Assembly (NCBI GenBank): GCA_964016885.1
Contig: OZ024741.1
Span: 258,850,001-258,914,000 of the forward strand
Origin: Eledone cirrhosa
Taxonomy: Eukaryota
Direction: 5' to 3'
DNA: 64,000 nucleotides
A program made the position numbers and the translations under genes. Below are positions 31,275 to 48,587 of the stretch, in pieces (position 1 is the stretch's first letter; every line of letters starts with the position of its first letter). The notes beneath the pieces were generated by a model. The model worked only from the letters and a program-made list of their open reading frames with translations. It searched no databases and was not told where the DNA came from.

Positions 31275-31574
31275 TATTATTCTCTCTATCTATCTCTCTA
31301 TATCTATCTCTCCCTATTTAGTTGCATGCATTTCTTCTTTTTCTTCGTTTTTCTTTCTTTCTTTTTATAACTGTCCATAATATTTTTCACTACCAAATCA
31401 ACTTCTCAAATGGAAGTCGAAGTTGAAAGGTATGTCGAATCTATCTATTTATAAGACTGTTTATATTGTATTTTGTCTGAAGAAGGCATAACATATTTTT
31501 AATATGATATCCCTGAAATATATATAATGAAATAAATATGGTTTTATAAATATAGTTTCCATTTATTTAATATC

Positions 31575-31577
<3 letters not shown>
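31275..31577 (+). mobile_element. pLTR-like fragment with HHR (31471-31532)
   Basis: TTTTGT-CTGAAGA-[AGG...CCT]-GAAA-TATATA-TA-ATGAAA. Homolog on the minus strand at ~46060-46480. Confidence 0.6.
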
Positions 31578-31631
<54 letters not shown>

Positions 31632-31752
31632 CATATATATACATCCATATATATATATATATATACATCCATATATATATATATATATATATATACATCC
31701 ATATATATATATATATATATACATCCATATATATATATATATATATACATCC

Positions 31753-31783
<31 letters not shown>

Positions 31784-31820
31784 CATATATATACATCCAT
31801 ATATATATATATATATACAT

Positions 31821-31857
<37 letters not shown>

Positions 31858-31918
31858 CATATATATATATATATATATATATACATCCATATATATATAT
31901 ATATACATCCATATATAT

Positions 31919-31965
<47 letters not shown>

Positions 31966-32170
31966 CATATATATATATATATATATACATCCATATATAT
32001 ATATATATACATCCATATATATCCATATATATATATATATATATATATATGGATGTATATATATATATATATATATATACGTCCATATATATATATATAT
32101 ATATATGGATGTATATATATATTTATATATATATGAATGTATATATATATATGGATGTATATATATATAT
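31578..32170. repeat. (TA)n punctuated by CATCC/GGATG, with orientation flipping near 32045
   Basis: Direct inspection. Confidence 0.85.
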
Positions 32171-32171
32171 A

Positions 32172-35071
<2,900 letters not shown>

Positions 35072-38000
35072 CACCTCATCGTCCGCACCCCCCGCACCCC
35101 CACCATCTACTTCCTCCCCAAATTCCACAAACCCGACAACCCCGGCCGCCCCATCGTCTCCGCTTGCAACTGCCCCACCGAACTCGTCTCCGCCTTTCTT
35201 GACTCCATCCTCGCCCTCCTTGTCACCACCCTCCCCTCCCACATCTCCGAAAACAACCACGCCCTGCGCTTTTTCGACTCCTTCACCTACCCACCTGGCC
35301 CACAGCCCTTCCTCTTCACCCTAGAAATCAAGTCCCTCTATACCGTTATCCCCCACGCCGACGGCCTACACGCCCTCAAAACTCGATCTTCGCCCCTCCC
35401 CCCATCCCCTCCACCCCCACCCTCCTTCGCCTCGCCGAGCTGGTCCTCACCCTCAACTGTTTCTCCTTCTCGGGTGAGTTTTACCAACAGGTTGTTGAGG
35501 GTAGCCATGGGTACAAGAATTTGGCCCAAACTATGCCAACCTTTTTGTTGGCCATGTTGAGGCCCAAATCTTTGCCCAGTACACCGGCCCCACGCCCGAA
35601 CTGTACGGTCGTTACATCGACGACTGTATCGCAGCCACGACCCTCACCCGAGAACAGATCGACTCCTTTCTCTCATTCTTCTTCTGCTCCTTCCACCCCT
35701 CCCTCCACTTCACCACCTCTATCTCCACCACCCACGTCCACTTCTTAGACATCTCCGTCGCCTTCGACCCCTCCCACCACCCCCTCGTCACCTCCGCCTT
35801 CTTCAAACCCACCGACTCCCACTCCTACCTCGACTTCACCTCTTCCCACTCCACACACACTAAACACTCTATTCCCTACTCCCAACTACTCAGGATCCGC
35901 CGCCTCTGTAGCCGAGATGCTGACTTTGAGTCACAGGCCCTTTCCCTAGTCAGCCATTTCATCTGCAGAGGTTACCCACCCTCTCTCGTCCACACCGCTC
36001 TCACCCGCGCCCGTACTGTCCACCGCTCCACCACCCTCACCCCACGCTACCGCACATCCACCCACCGTCTCCCCTTCCCCATCACCTACCACCCCTCCAC
36101 CATACCCCACCACCGCACCATCCTCCGCCTCTTCCGACGCCTCCAGTCTGACCCCTCCACCTCCCACCTCTTCCCAGCCCCACCACTTCCCTCCTTCAAA
36201 CGCGCACGCAATCTCCGCACCCTCCTCGTCCACAGCTCCCTACCCCCCCGGTTCCTTACCCTGTTCTAGGCCCCGCTGCAACACCTGTCCCCACATCACC
36301 AACACCACCACCTGGCGGACATATTTACTGAACACCTCCGGGATATTCGTCTCGGTGGTAGTTCCCCCATCGCCCGCCACTTTGGTGCCCCTGGACATTC
36401 CGCACACCACCTCACAGTCTGTGGCCTACTCCAATGCCACGGAACACCCACCACTCTCCTCAGGGTCGAACAACGAACCATCTTCACCCTACAGACCCAC
36501 ACTCCCCCCGGCCTGAACTCCCCACCCTTATTCCTTTAGCCTTCGACCGCCCCCTCCCCCCACACATATCCCCCACTAACACCACTAACACACCCCTCCT
36601 TTTCACCGCCCACGCCACAACTAACAATACTAACACCTCCACCCCACATCCGACCACCCTTCCCCAACTAACATACTAACATCCCTCCCTTCTTCTCCCC
36701 CCCCCTCCTTATCACACGCACACACCCACCAGTACATATATACACGCGCTCACACTAAACACACACCCTACTACCACCACTAACCCTCACCCCCACACAT
36801 CCACCCCACCACCCCGCAACTAACATCACTAACACCCCCTGACCCTAAGCACACGAACACACACACCCACTTACACCATCCACTCTACACGCAACTGACA
36901 TCACTAACACCCCCCAACCCTACGCACACGAACACACACAACCTCTTACACCACCCACTCTACACACCCTACCACCACTGACCCCCACTCACACCCGCAT
37001 TCAACCCTTTCTCCACCTCCAGTATACTAACACCCACCAACACCCCCTTCACCACACACACACACACACACCAGTACACTACACACCCTCCATCGGCCCC
37101 CACACCCTTCTCTCCCCGCTCCACCCACACCCTTTCTAAAACACACACACATCCCACTAACACCTCTACTAATACACACACACCCCCTCCACACTCCAAC
37201 TGTCACACCTACCCATCCTCTCTCCTGTCCACCGCACCTCCGCACACACTGACACACCGACTTTCTTCACTTACCATTCTACCCTACTGCTGCTATGCCT
37301 CTCTGACCACCTCCCCGCACACACAGACACACAACCCTCCTCCTGCCTTGACCATCTGACCACTTCCTGTTGCGCGCGCACCCCACATCTCCCCTCTTCC
37401 GACCAATCTCTTCACGGATTACACATATGTGAACCTTGATCCCGAGAATCTACCGCATCCCAAGGATTTTACTCAGCATTCCACCACATGCTTTTACGGA
37501 ATTACCTTTACGATTCACCCCCAGACATACAACCAAAACAATTTTTTTCCCCACACGCCACCTACATCCACATCACGCATAAACACCACACACACACGTG
37601 CGTACCACCACATATTTATACATTCAGCCTCCGGAATCCTCTCCGCCCACCCCTCTATCCACACACGAACACACACTCCGACCTACACCCCACCCCACAC
37701 ACACCTTTTCCTGAACATGCAACCCCGTTCTTCCCCCAACCCTTGCTTTCACATACACACACACACACACACACACGTACACCTACACACACACAACACC
37801 TTCAGCCCTCCCCGCTCGGACACCCCGTCTCCCTCTCCCCACTCCACCCGCCACCACCCCTACATGCCCCACACCCTTCCCCCACCTGTTTTACTCCATT
37901 TTAATTTTATTTTGATCATGCCTTTATTTTAAATTTCATTTGCACCGTTTCCTCTCACCCCCTTTTTGCTATATGTCTCTCCACCACTCAGCTACACACC

Positions 38001-38148
38001 CTTGGAACTCTCTTCCCACACACTTTTCACCTGAAGAAGGGCTTATGCCTGAAACGTCGTTCCCCACCACCACCCCACTCTCAAGAGCATGAAACTAATA
38101 AACCTTTGTTCGTACTGCCTCTCTGTTTTGTTCCCGTTCAATTTTTTA
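35072..38148 (+). mobile_element. 5'-truncated, frameshifted Neptune-like PLE (C-rich) with long CA-rich pLTR
   Basis: [47 protein letters not shown], partly deleted GIY-YIG ending PPGLN. HHR at 38029. Confidence 0.9.
38029..38060 (+). ncRNA. Minimal type I HHR
   Basis: AC-CTGAAGA-AGGGCTTATGCCT-GAAA-CG-TC-GT. Confidence 0.7.
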
Positions 38149-38185
38149 CTATATATATATATATATGGATGTATATATCCATATA

Positions 38186-38247
<62 letters not shown>

Positions 38248-38252
<5 letters not shown>

Positions 38253-38558
38253 AGTGTAATTTTCTACACAAAACGAAGGTTATAGAGAAAATTGAGGTTG
38301 GTAATGGCACATGGAACATATAAGAGACAGAACACCCCTTCATTCATGTTATAGGCTGACTGGAAATGACAATTTTGCACATCTCTTTGAATTCTCGCCG
38401 AGCTTTTTTTCAAAGAGAATTCAAAGAGATGTGCAAAATTGTCATTTCCAGTCAGCCTATAACATGAATGAAGGGGTGTTCTGTCTCTTATATGTTCCAT
38501 GTGCCATTACCAACCTCAATTTTCTCTATAACCTTCGTTTTGTGTAGAAAATTACACT

Positions 38559-38563
<5 letters not shown>
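38248..38563. repeat. Perfect inverted repeat: 149-bp arms with an 18-bp spacer, inside (TA)n
   Basis: 38248-38396 is the reverse complement of 38415-38563. The ORF track shows mirror-image peptides on the two strands. Confidence 0.92.
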
Positions 38564-38599
<36 letters not shown>

Positions 38600-38649
38600 T
38601 ATATGGATGTATATATATATATATATGGATGTATATATATATATATATG

Positions 38650-38695
<46 letters not shown>

Positions 38696-38863
38696 TATAT
38701 GGATGTATATATATATATATATATATGGATGTATATATATATATATATATATGGATGTATATATATATATATGGATGTATATATATATATATATATATGG
38801 ATGTATATATATATATATATGGATGTATATATATATATATATGGATGTATATATATATATATG

Positions 38864-38970
<107 letters not shown>

Positions 38971-39059
38971 ATATATATATATATTCATTAGTTAAGCAAA
39001 ACAAGACCACAAATTTCACAAGGAAGACATTATTAAAAGATTGTCAACATATTTAGTTT

Positions 39060-40818
39060 GATGTAAGGAATGTAGAGAATAATAATAATAATAATAATAT
39101 TAATAATAATAATGCCCGTTTACAATTGTTTCGCTACTCCGTATAATATTTCTGGATCAGATGACTATGTATCATAATTGATCTGGTTTAGTTGAAAATA
39201 ATTAACATATTTAAAACAGAGTGGCTCATCGGAACTCAAAGGAATATAAATTAAAATAATGTTACATAATATAATGTTCCATATATTAGATGTTACTATG
39301 GTGCCTTTGTTTCATCAGCTGTCAGCCATAATCAAGCAGTACTCATCTGTCGAGGCTGCATTGTGTGAGATCTGCCTATGGGTAACAAGATGGCTGCCAG
39401 AGGGCATATTTACCTTACTAATTAGAGGGTGGTTTCAGGGGAAGTAACTTCTCGAGAGATAGAGATTGTGTGTATTTTATAGTTAAGTGCTAGTATTTAA
39501 ACTATTTAATTGAGAGACAATGTAGGGGAGGTAACTTATAATTATCGAGTTGTTCATAGCAATTTAACTTATTAGCTACAATTAGAGATGGGGCTACATG
39601 ACTAAGTTGGGTCAAAAACTCTATTGGCGAAGGAATTAGCCCTTCGATGTTGACAGCTAATGGTTACCTCAGTTCTATCGTTAATTGGTAGAGGTCTTGA
39701 TAGAGTTATGTAATACGCTTCCGTAACACAGAGATCACAAGATTTCCTTCGTCCATTGAACGGTTGTGCCCTAGCTACGATATCCCATTTTAGTGAGTGT
39801 TGAACTTTGTTTAATTTAAGGTTTTTAATGAGCCTAGCTAGCGATGTCGAACATCTGTTGCTAGGGTCTCGGAAGGAAAAAGAGTGCGCGTTATAGCGTA
39901 CCTTAAAAGGGTTAGAGGTAGACCCGATGTAAGAGCTGGTATTCGAAGCAGTCTCAACTGTGCACCTACAGACTATGTTGGGTGTCAGGCAGTGTCCATT
40001 TAATGGGCATGCATTGGGGTAGCGGCAGTTGCAGTTGCTTCCGCGGTTAGTGAGAGTAGGGTTATTTAACCTAAGCAGTTGGTCCGTGCTAGAAGGATTA
40101 GATGGGGGAGGTGTGCTACTAAAGTAATTATTGGTGTTGTGGCGTGGTGTATTTGATAGGGGTGGTGGTACCGCGGTGTGGGAGTTATAGTGTCTTAGCT
40201 TATGATGGTTACTGAACGCGATGTGGCTAGCTAGGTTAGGTGTAGTGGAGAATGAGATTTTAATGTTGTTTTTATTAAAGAGTTTGTAATATCCATGGTT
40301 AGGGGGAAGTGTTTAGATAGGATAGAGAAGAAGCGATTGGGGATATTAGTGGCTAGATTAGATGAGAATGGTGGGTTAAGCCAGGTGATATTTCTAGGCC
40401 TATTCTTTCTAGGGGTTCTAGTGGAGTTGGTAGGGGCCTTCCTAGGGTTATTATTACCTGGGGGTTTGTTATTTGTCATCCCATTTCTCATTCCTAATCT
40501 AGGGTTGATTCTTAGTTTGCTACTAGGAGTGGGGAGCAGGCTGCTGCCACCATTAAAGTTCCCTGTATAGGTGCTGTTACTGCTAAAATTCCGGCGAATC
40601 TGGCTATATGCTAAGGTATTACTAGTTCTAGTGTTAAGTTTATTATGGTGAGTTGCTGTGTTATGCCATTTTGGTATGTAATAAATTGATTGTTTATGAC
40701 CAGATTCAGAGAGAGCCTTATTATAATAGTGTGCGTGGTTTATAAATATCTCTTCATTTGCTGATAGCATTGAGATCCTATAAGAGATAGATTTGATTAC
40801 TGCTCTGATGACTGCCGG
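39060..40818 (-). mobile_element. 5'-truncated Nematis-like PLE (third family): thumb + GIY-YIG + pLTR with HHR
   Basis: KSISYRISMLSAN...WLNPPFS (ORF 40231..40884). The next frame reads CNC...CPLNGHCL...YIGSTSNPFKVRYNAH...CDLCVTE. Confidence 0.88.
39118..39235 (-). ncRNA. HHR variant (CCGATGA) with ~93-nt stem II domain
   Basis: Minus strand: GTT-CCGATGA-GCCACTCTGT...ACGGAGTAGC-GAAA-CAATTG-TA-AAC. Confidence 0.6.
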
Positions 40819-40838
40819 ATATATATATATATATATGA

Positions 40839-40877
<39 letters not shown>

Positions 40878-40974
40878 TAAACAAATAATGAATAAAACAA
40901 TGAAACAGTTCCTTATATTAAACAAAAAAAGTTCATTATTTAACGATCGTTTCTAGGATATATATGTGTTAGAA

Positions 40975-41007
<33 letters not shown>

Positions 41008-41011
<4 letters not shown>

Positions 41012-41074
41012 ATTCCTGATGATTTCTAAAGAATGAAACAGTTCTAGTCCTGTAGAATCTCATCTATATTAAAA

Positions 41075-41075
<1 letters not shown>
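41008..41075 (+). ncRNA. Solo HHR insertion (~68 bp) in (TA)n
   Basis: GATTC-CTGATGA-TTTCTAAAGAAT-GAAA-CAG-TTCTAGTC-CTG-TA-GAATC, followed by the family 3' end TATTAAAAC. Confidence 0.85.
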
Positions 41076-41167
<92 letters not shown>

Positions 41168-41170
41168 ATG

Positions 41171-41201
<31 letters not shown>

Positions 41202-41298
41202 GGATATATATATATATATATGGATATATATATATATATATATATATGGATGTATATATATTTATATATATATGGATATATATATATATATATGGATG

Positions 41299-41329
<31 letters not shown>

Positions 41330-41373
41330 GGATATATATATATATATATATATATGGATATATATATATATAT

Positions 41374-41409
<36 letters not shown>

Positions 41410-41427
41410 ATGTATATATATATATAT

Positions 41428-41497
<70 letters not shown>

Positions 41498-41537
41498 ATA
41501 TATATATATATATATGGATGTATATATATATATATAT

Positions 41538-42480
41538 AATGAAAAATTGAACAGGGACAGAACAGAGAGGCAGTACGATAAATGTTTATTAAATTCACGC
41601 TCAGGAGAGTGGGGGGTAGGTGGGGGACGACGTTTCGGGCATAAGCCCTTCTTCAGGTGAGAGTTCAAAAGGTGTGTAGGGGAGTGGTGGAGAGACATAT
41701 AGCGAAAGGAAACAGTGCGAATGAAAAATTAACAAATAAAGACAAAAATATAATAAATAATAAATAAAAATAAAGCATTATCAAAATACAAGGAATGAGA
41801 AAATTTAAAAATAAAGGCATAATCAAAATAAACTGAAATTAAAAGGGGGGTAAACAGGTGGTGGAAGGGTGTGGGGTGAGTAGAGGTGGTGGCGGGTGGA
41901 GTGGGGAGAGGGAGACGGGGTGTCCGAGCGGGGAGGGCTGAAGGTGGTGTGTGTGGTTAGGTGTGCGTGTGTGTGTGTGTATGTGAAAGTGAGGGTTGGG
42001 GGAAGAACGGGGTTGCATGTTCAGGAAGGTGTGTGTGGGGGGTGTTTTTGTGGGTTGGAGGGTCTGTGCGTGTGTGGATAGGGGTGTGGGGGGAGAGGAA
42101 TCAGGGGGCTGAGGGTGTAAATATGTGGTGGGAAGCACGTGTGTGTGGTTTAAGCGTGATGTGGGTGTGGGTGGCGTGTGGATAAAAAAAAATTTTTGGG
42201 CGTGTGTGTGTGGGTGAGTTATATAGGTGATGGTGTAAGAGGATGGTTGAAAAGTGTTAAGTTACACGGATGTATGGAGATTTTGGTTGGAAGTCAATAA
42301 CGCGTGTGGGTAATCCAAGAAGCGGTGGTCGGAAGATTTGGGGTGCGCGCGCAACAGGAAGTGGTCAGCAGTGGAAGTGCTGTGGTCAGTTGGTGCTGAG
42401 ACAGTGGTCGGAAGGGCATAGCAGCAGTCGGCGGAATGGAAGGGAGGCGAGGATGGGTAGGTGTGAGAGTTGGAGTGAGG

Positions 42481-42547
<67 letters not shown>

Positions 42548-45138
42548 TAGTAGGGGTGTTAGTGGGATGAGTGAGTGTGGAGCGGGGAGAGAACGGTGTG
42601 TGTGGTTCTATGGAGGGAGTGTGGTGTACTGGTGTGTGTGTAGTTTGGTGAAGAGGTGTTAGTGGGTGTTAGTATACGGGAGGTGGGGAGGGGTGGAATG
42701 CAGGTGTGAGTGGGGGTTAGTGGGGGTAGGGTGTGTAGAGTTGGTGGTGTACGAGGGTGTCTGGGTACGTGTGCGTGGGGTTGGAGGGTGTTAGTGATGT
42801 TATTTGCGTGTGGGGTGGGTGGTGTAAGTGGGTGCGTGTGTGCGTGTGATAAGGAGGGGGGAGGAGGAGAAGAGGGGAGGGAAGGGATGTTAGTATGTTT
42901 GTTGGGGAAGGGTGGTCAGATGAGGGGTGGAGTGGAGGTGTTAGTATTGTTAGTGTGGGGTGGGAGGTGAAAAGGAGGGGTGTGTTAGTGGTGTTAGTGG
43001 GGGGGGGGGGGGCGGTCGAACGCTAAAGGAATAAGGGTGGGGAGTTCAGGCCGGAGGGAGTGTGGGTCTGTAAGATGAAGATAGTACGTTGTTCGACCGT
43101 AAGGCGATGGGCGGGTGTTCCGTGGCACTGGAGTAGGCCACAGACTGTGAGATGGCGTGCGGAGTGTCCAGGGCCACCAAAGTGGCGGGCGATGGGGGAA
43201 CTGCCCCCGAGACGAATGTCCCGGAGGTGCTCCGTGACTCGGTCCGCCAGGCGACGTCCCGTCTGTCCGACATAAGTCGCGCTGCACTCCGTGCAACGAA
43301 GTCCGTAGACTAGGTTGGAGGAGGTGCAGCGGAAGGCATGCCGGACCGAGAGAGGGTGGCCGTTGGGACCCTGGAAGGTGGTGGTGTTGGTGATGTGGGG
43401 ACAGGTGTTGCAGCGGGGCCTAGAACAGGGGAAGGAAGCGGGGGGCGCGGAGCGTGGGTTGGGGGGGGGCTGTGGACGAGGAGGGTGCGGAGATTGCGTG
43501 CGCGTTTGAAGGAGGGGAGTGGTGGGGTTAGGAAGATGTGGGAGGTGGAGGGGTCGGACTGGAGGCGTCGGAAGAGGCGGCGGATGGTGCGGTGGAGGGG
43601 TAAGGTGGAGGGGTGGTAGGTGATGGGGAAGGGGAGACGGTGGGTGGGTGTGCGGTGGCGTGGGGTGAGGGTGGTAGAGCGGTGGACAGTACGGGCGCGG
43701 GTGAGAGCGGTGTGGACGAGAGAGGGTGGGTAACCTCTGCAGATGAAATGGCTGACTAGGGAAATGGCCTGGGACTCGAAGTCAGCATCTCGGCTACAGA
43801 GGCGGCGGATCCTGAGAAGTTGGGAGTAGGGAATGGAGAGTTTAGTGTGGGTTGGGTGGGAAGAGGTGAAGTCGAGGTAAGAGTGGGAGTCGGTGGGTTT
43901 GAAGAAGGCGGAGGTGACGAGGGAGTGGTGGGAGGGGTCGAAGGCGACGGAGATGTCCAAGAAGTGGACGTGGGTGGTGGAGATAGAGGTGGTGAAGTGG
44001 AGGGAGGGGTGGAAGGAGCAGAAGAAGGAGAGAAAGGAGTCGAGCTGTACTCGGGTGAGGGTCGTGGCTCCGATACAGTCGTCAATGTAACGACCGTACA
44101 GTTCGGGCGTGGGGCCGGTGTACTGGGCAAAGATTTGGGCCTCAACATGGCCAACAAAAAGGTTGGCATAGTTCGGGCCCATTCTTGTGCCCATGGCTAC
44201 CCCCGTGACCTGTTGGTAAAACTCACCCGAGAAGGAGAAACAATTTAGGGTGAGGACCAGCTCGGCGAGGCGAAGGAGGGTGGGGTGGAGGGAATGGGGG
44301 AGGGGCGAAGGTCGAGGTAGTGTTTGAGGGCGCGAAGGCCGTCGGCGTGGGGGATGACGGTATAGAGGGACTTGATGTCTAGGGTGAAGAGGAATGGCTG
44401 AGGGCCGGGTAGGTAGGTGAAGGAGTCGAAAAGGCGCAGGGCGTGGTTGGTGTCAGAGATGTGGGAGGGGAGGGTGGTGACAAGGGGGGCGAGGAGGGAG
44501 TCGAGAAAGGCGGAGATGAGTTCGGTGGGTCAGTTGCAAGCGGAGACGAAGGGGCGGCCGGGGTTGTCGGGTTTGTGGAGTTTGGGGAGGAAGTAGATGG
44601 TGGGGGTGCGGGGGCTGCGGACGATGAGGTGGGAAGCGGTGGGGGGAGGAGGGAGGAGGCGATAAGGTCTTTGATGGTGGAGGAGACTTGTTGTTGGTAG
44701 AGGGGGGTGGGATCGGAGGGTAGAGGGCGGTAAAAGAGGGGGTTACAGAGCTGCCTGAGGGCTTCGGCCGTGTAGAGGTCCGCGCGCCATACCACCACGG
44801 CGCCTCCCTTGTCCGCCGGTTTGATGACGATGTCATCTCGGCTACGGAGGGAGCGGAGAGCGAGGAGTTCGCCCCGTGAGATGTTGTGCCGTTTGGAACG
44901 GTAGCGGAAGTCGAAACGATTTACTGCGCTACGGCTGGCATCGACGAAGGCGTCCAGGGTGCTAAATTGCCCTGGGGCCGGCGTCCAAGAAGATGGTCGT
45001 CGGCCCAGGGCGAGAAACGGGTCTGGGGCGTCCGGAGTCGGTGGCGTTCGGCTTAAATGTGCTCGTAGCTTAGTGCGTCGCACGAATCGCTTGACTTCCG
45101 TTCGGGTGCGGAACTCGTCGCTGAGCGGAGTGTGGGGT
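41538..45138 (-). mobile_element. Neptune-like PLE, longer copy (frameshifted RT + GIY-YIG + pLTR), with HHR at 41627-41658
   Basis: [48 protein letters not shown]...YVGQTGRRLADRVTEH. Confidence 0.92.
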
Positions 45139-45278
45139 ATATGGATATATATATATATATATGGATATATATATATATATATATATCCATATATATATAT
45201 ATATATATCCATATATATATATATCCATATATATATATATATCCATATATATATATATATATGCATATATATATATAT

Positions 45279-45328
<50 letters not shown>

Positions 45329-45428
45329 ATATATATATATATAGATATATATATATATATGGATATATATATATATGGATATATATATATATATATATAT
45401 ATATGGATATATATATATATATATATAT

Positions 45429-45476
<48 letters not shown>

Positions 45477-45710
45477 ATATATATATATATATATATATGG
45501 ATATATATATATATGGATTTATATATATATATATATATATGGATATATATATATATGGATATATATATATATATGGATATATATATATATATATATGGAT
45601 ATATATATATATGGATATATATATATATGGATATATATATATATATATGGATATATATATATATATATGGATATATATATATATATATATATGGATATAT
45701 ATATATATAT

Positions 45711-45744
<34 letters not shown>

Positions 45745-45822
45745 ATATATATATATATATATATATATATATGGATATATATATATATATATATATATGG
45801 ATATATATATATATATATATAT

Positions 45823-45898
<76 letters not shown>

Positions 45899-45938
45899 AT
45901 ATATATATATGGATATATATATATATATATATATATAT

Positions 45939-45986
<48 letters not shown>
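45139..45986. repeat. (TA)n punctuated by GGA at irregular short intervals
   Basis: Direct inspection. Confidence 0.9.
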
Positions 45987-45989
<3 letters not shown>

Positions 45990-46059
45990 AAAGTTCTATT
46001 TAAAATTGTTGGGATACAACAAGTAAATATTTTTATAACTGATATAAAGCATTTGGAGT

Positions 46060-46480
46060 AGATATACGATATTAATAAATGGAAACTATATTAAATTATG
46101 ATATGCCTTCATCAGACAAAATACAACATATAACAGTTTTACAAATAAGCTTTGACGTACCCTATTAAAATGCAACCATTGTTTTTGGAAGTCATCCGGA
46201 TAGTGAATTGTTTATATAACTTTAATAAGTCATAGTGTTAAGGACAATTAGAAAAAGACGGAGAGAAAGAAAAAGACGGAGAGAAAGAAAAAACGTGGAG
46301 AAATATCGGAGAGAGAGAGAGATGCATGGAGAAAAAAAGAAAGAGATAAGTAAAGACAGGAGGAAAGGAAGAAAGAAGACAAAAGGAAGAAATAAGAAAA
46401 ACAGAGGAAAGCAACAGAGAGATATTAAGTTAACAGACAGATAGAAAAACTCAAGACAGAGAAATGTTATATAGAGAGAG
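46060..46480 (-). mobile_element. Homolog of the 31275-31577 pLTR, with the 3' half of the HHR deleted
   Basis: Minus strand TGTATTTTGTCTGATGAAGGCATA...AATAT is joined directly to AGTTTCCATTTATT. Confidence 0.55.
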
Positions 46481-46704
46481 AGGGAGATTATGAAAACTTT
46501 ACGTCATGTCATGTTAAGTTAACAATTCATATGAAATGAATAATAAAAATATAAATATTAATATTCATGAATGGGACATAGATATATAATATGAGAAATT
46601 AAACATTGTATAATAATGATTATATGTTTAGTTTAAACCTTGAGATCAACATACCAAAATTTGGGTTTAATCTCCAAAATGTACACGTTGCTAGAGAAAG
46701 ACAC

Positions 46705-46750
<46 letters not shown>

Positions 46751-46876
46751 GCACGTCCTGAAAATAGAAATTATATTTACTCAAGTCAACAATATAGACA
46801 TATAAAGCGCAGACGATTTCTCTATAATCACTGCTATACATTCGTTGTGTTATAAAAAGTTCACAGTATATATACA

Positions 46877-47673
<797 letters not shown>

Positions 47674-48533
47674 CGTTATTCCGGGTTGAATCGGAGGTAA
47701 CCACAGTAAGTATAGGTATCAATACATAGCAGAGTATAACAGTTTTATATAGATGAGATTCTACAGGACTAGAATGTTTCATTCATTAGAAATCATCAGG
47801 AATCTGGGTATCAAAAAATAAATATGGTATTTATAGGTCTCTACAAGTGGTAGGAGAGGGTGGGGAGTGGGATGGGTGCAGGTCATTGGTTGCTAGAGAA
47901 GGGAATTCATTAAAAGCTAATTCTACATAGCTATAGTTAATTTATATTTATTTATGTTTTTAGAGTAACAAAGGCAGAACAGAATTCTATAAACAGGTTC
48001 CGGATGGCATACCATTCCTTGATCAATACGTTTCTCTTAAGCTAGCAGATGTCTATAAAATCAGTGGGGGGTCATTCATGCTCGATAGAATTAAAGAAAA
48101 GGGAGATTCTTTAAAGCTAAAGTCATTAAGTTCTGCTAAGTGACAAAGGTCTAGGGAATTCTGCAGACAGATTCAAAATACTGAGTGCATATCTTACTAT
48201 TATCTTCGAACTTCTCTTAAACTAATCAACAATATGCCCAAATCAACAGACACATTCACAAAAAACAAAAAACCCAAAAAAACAAAAAACAGAAAAACAA
48301 AAAAAACCACACTAAAAAAAACAAAAAAACACACATACCTCACACTCACACACACTTACGCGCAACCATAAACACACACATAAACACATATACACACATT
48401 AAAAACACACACAAATATATATATAAAAAATATATAAATATATACAAATATATATTCATGTACACGCACATACATACACACATAATACATAATATATAAA
48501 ATACATATACAATATAATACGCACAATATACAA

Positions 48534-48587
<54 letters not shown>

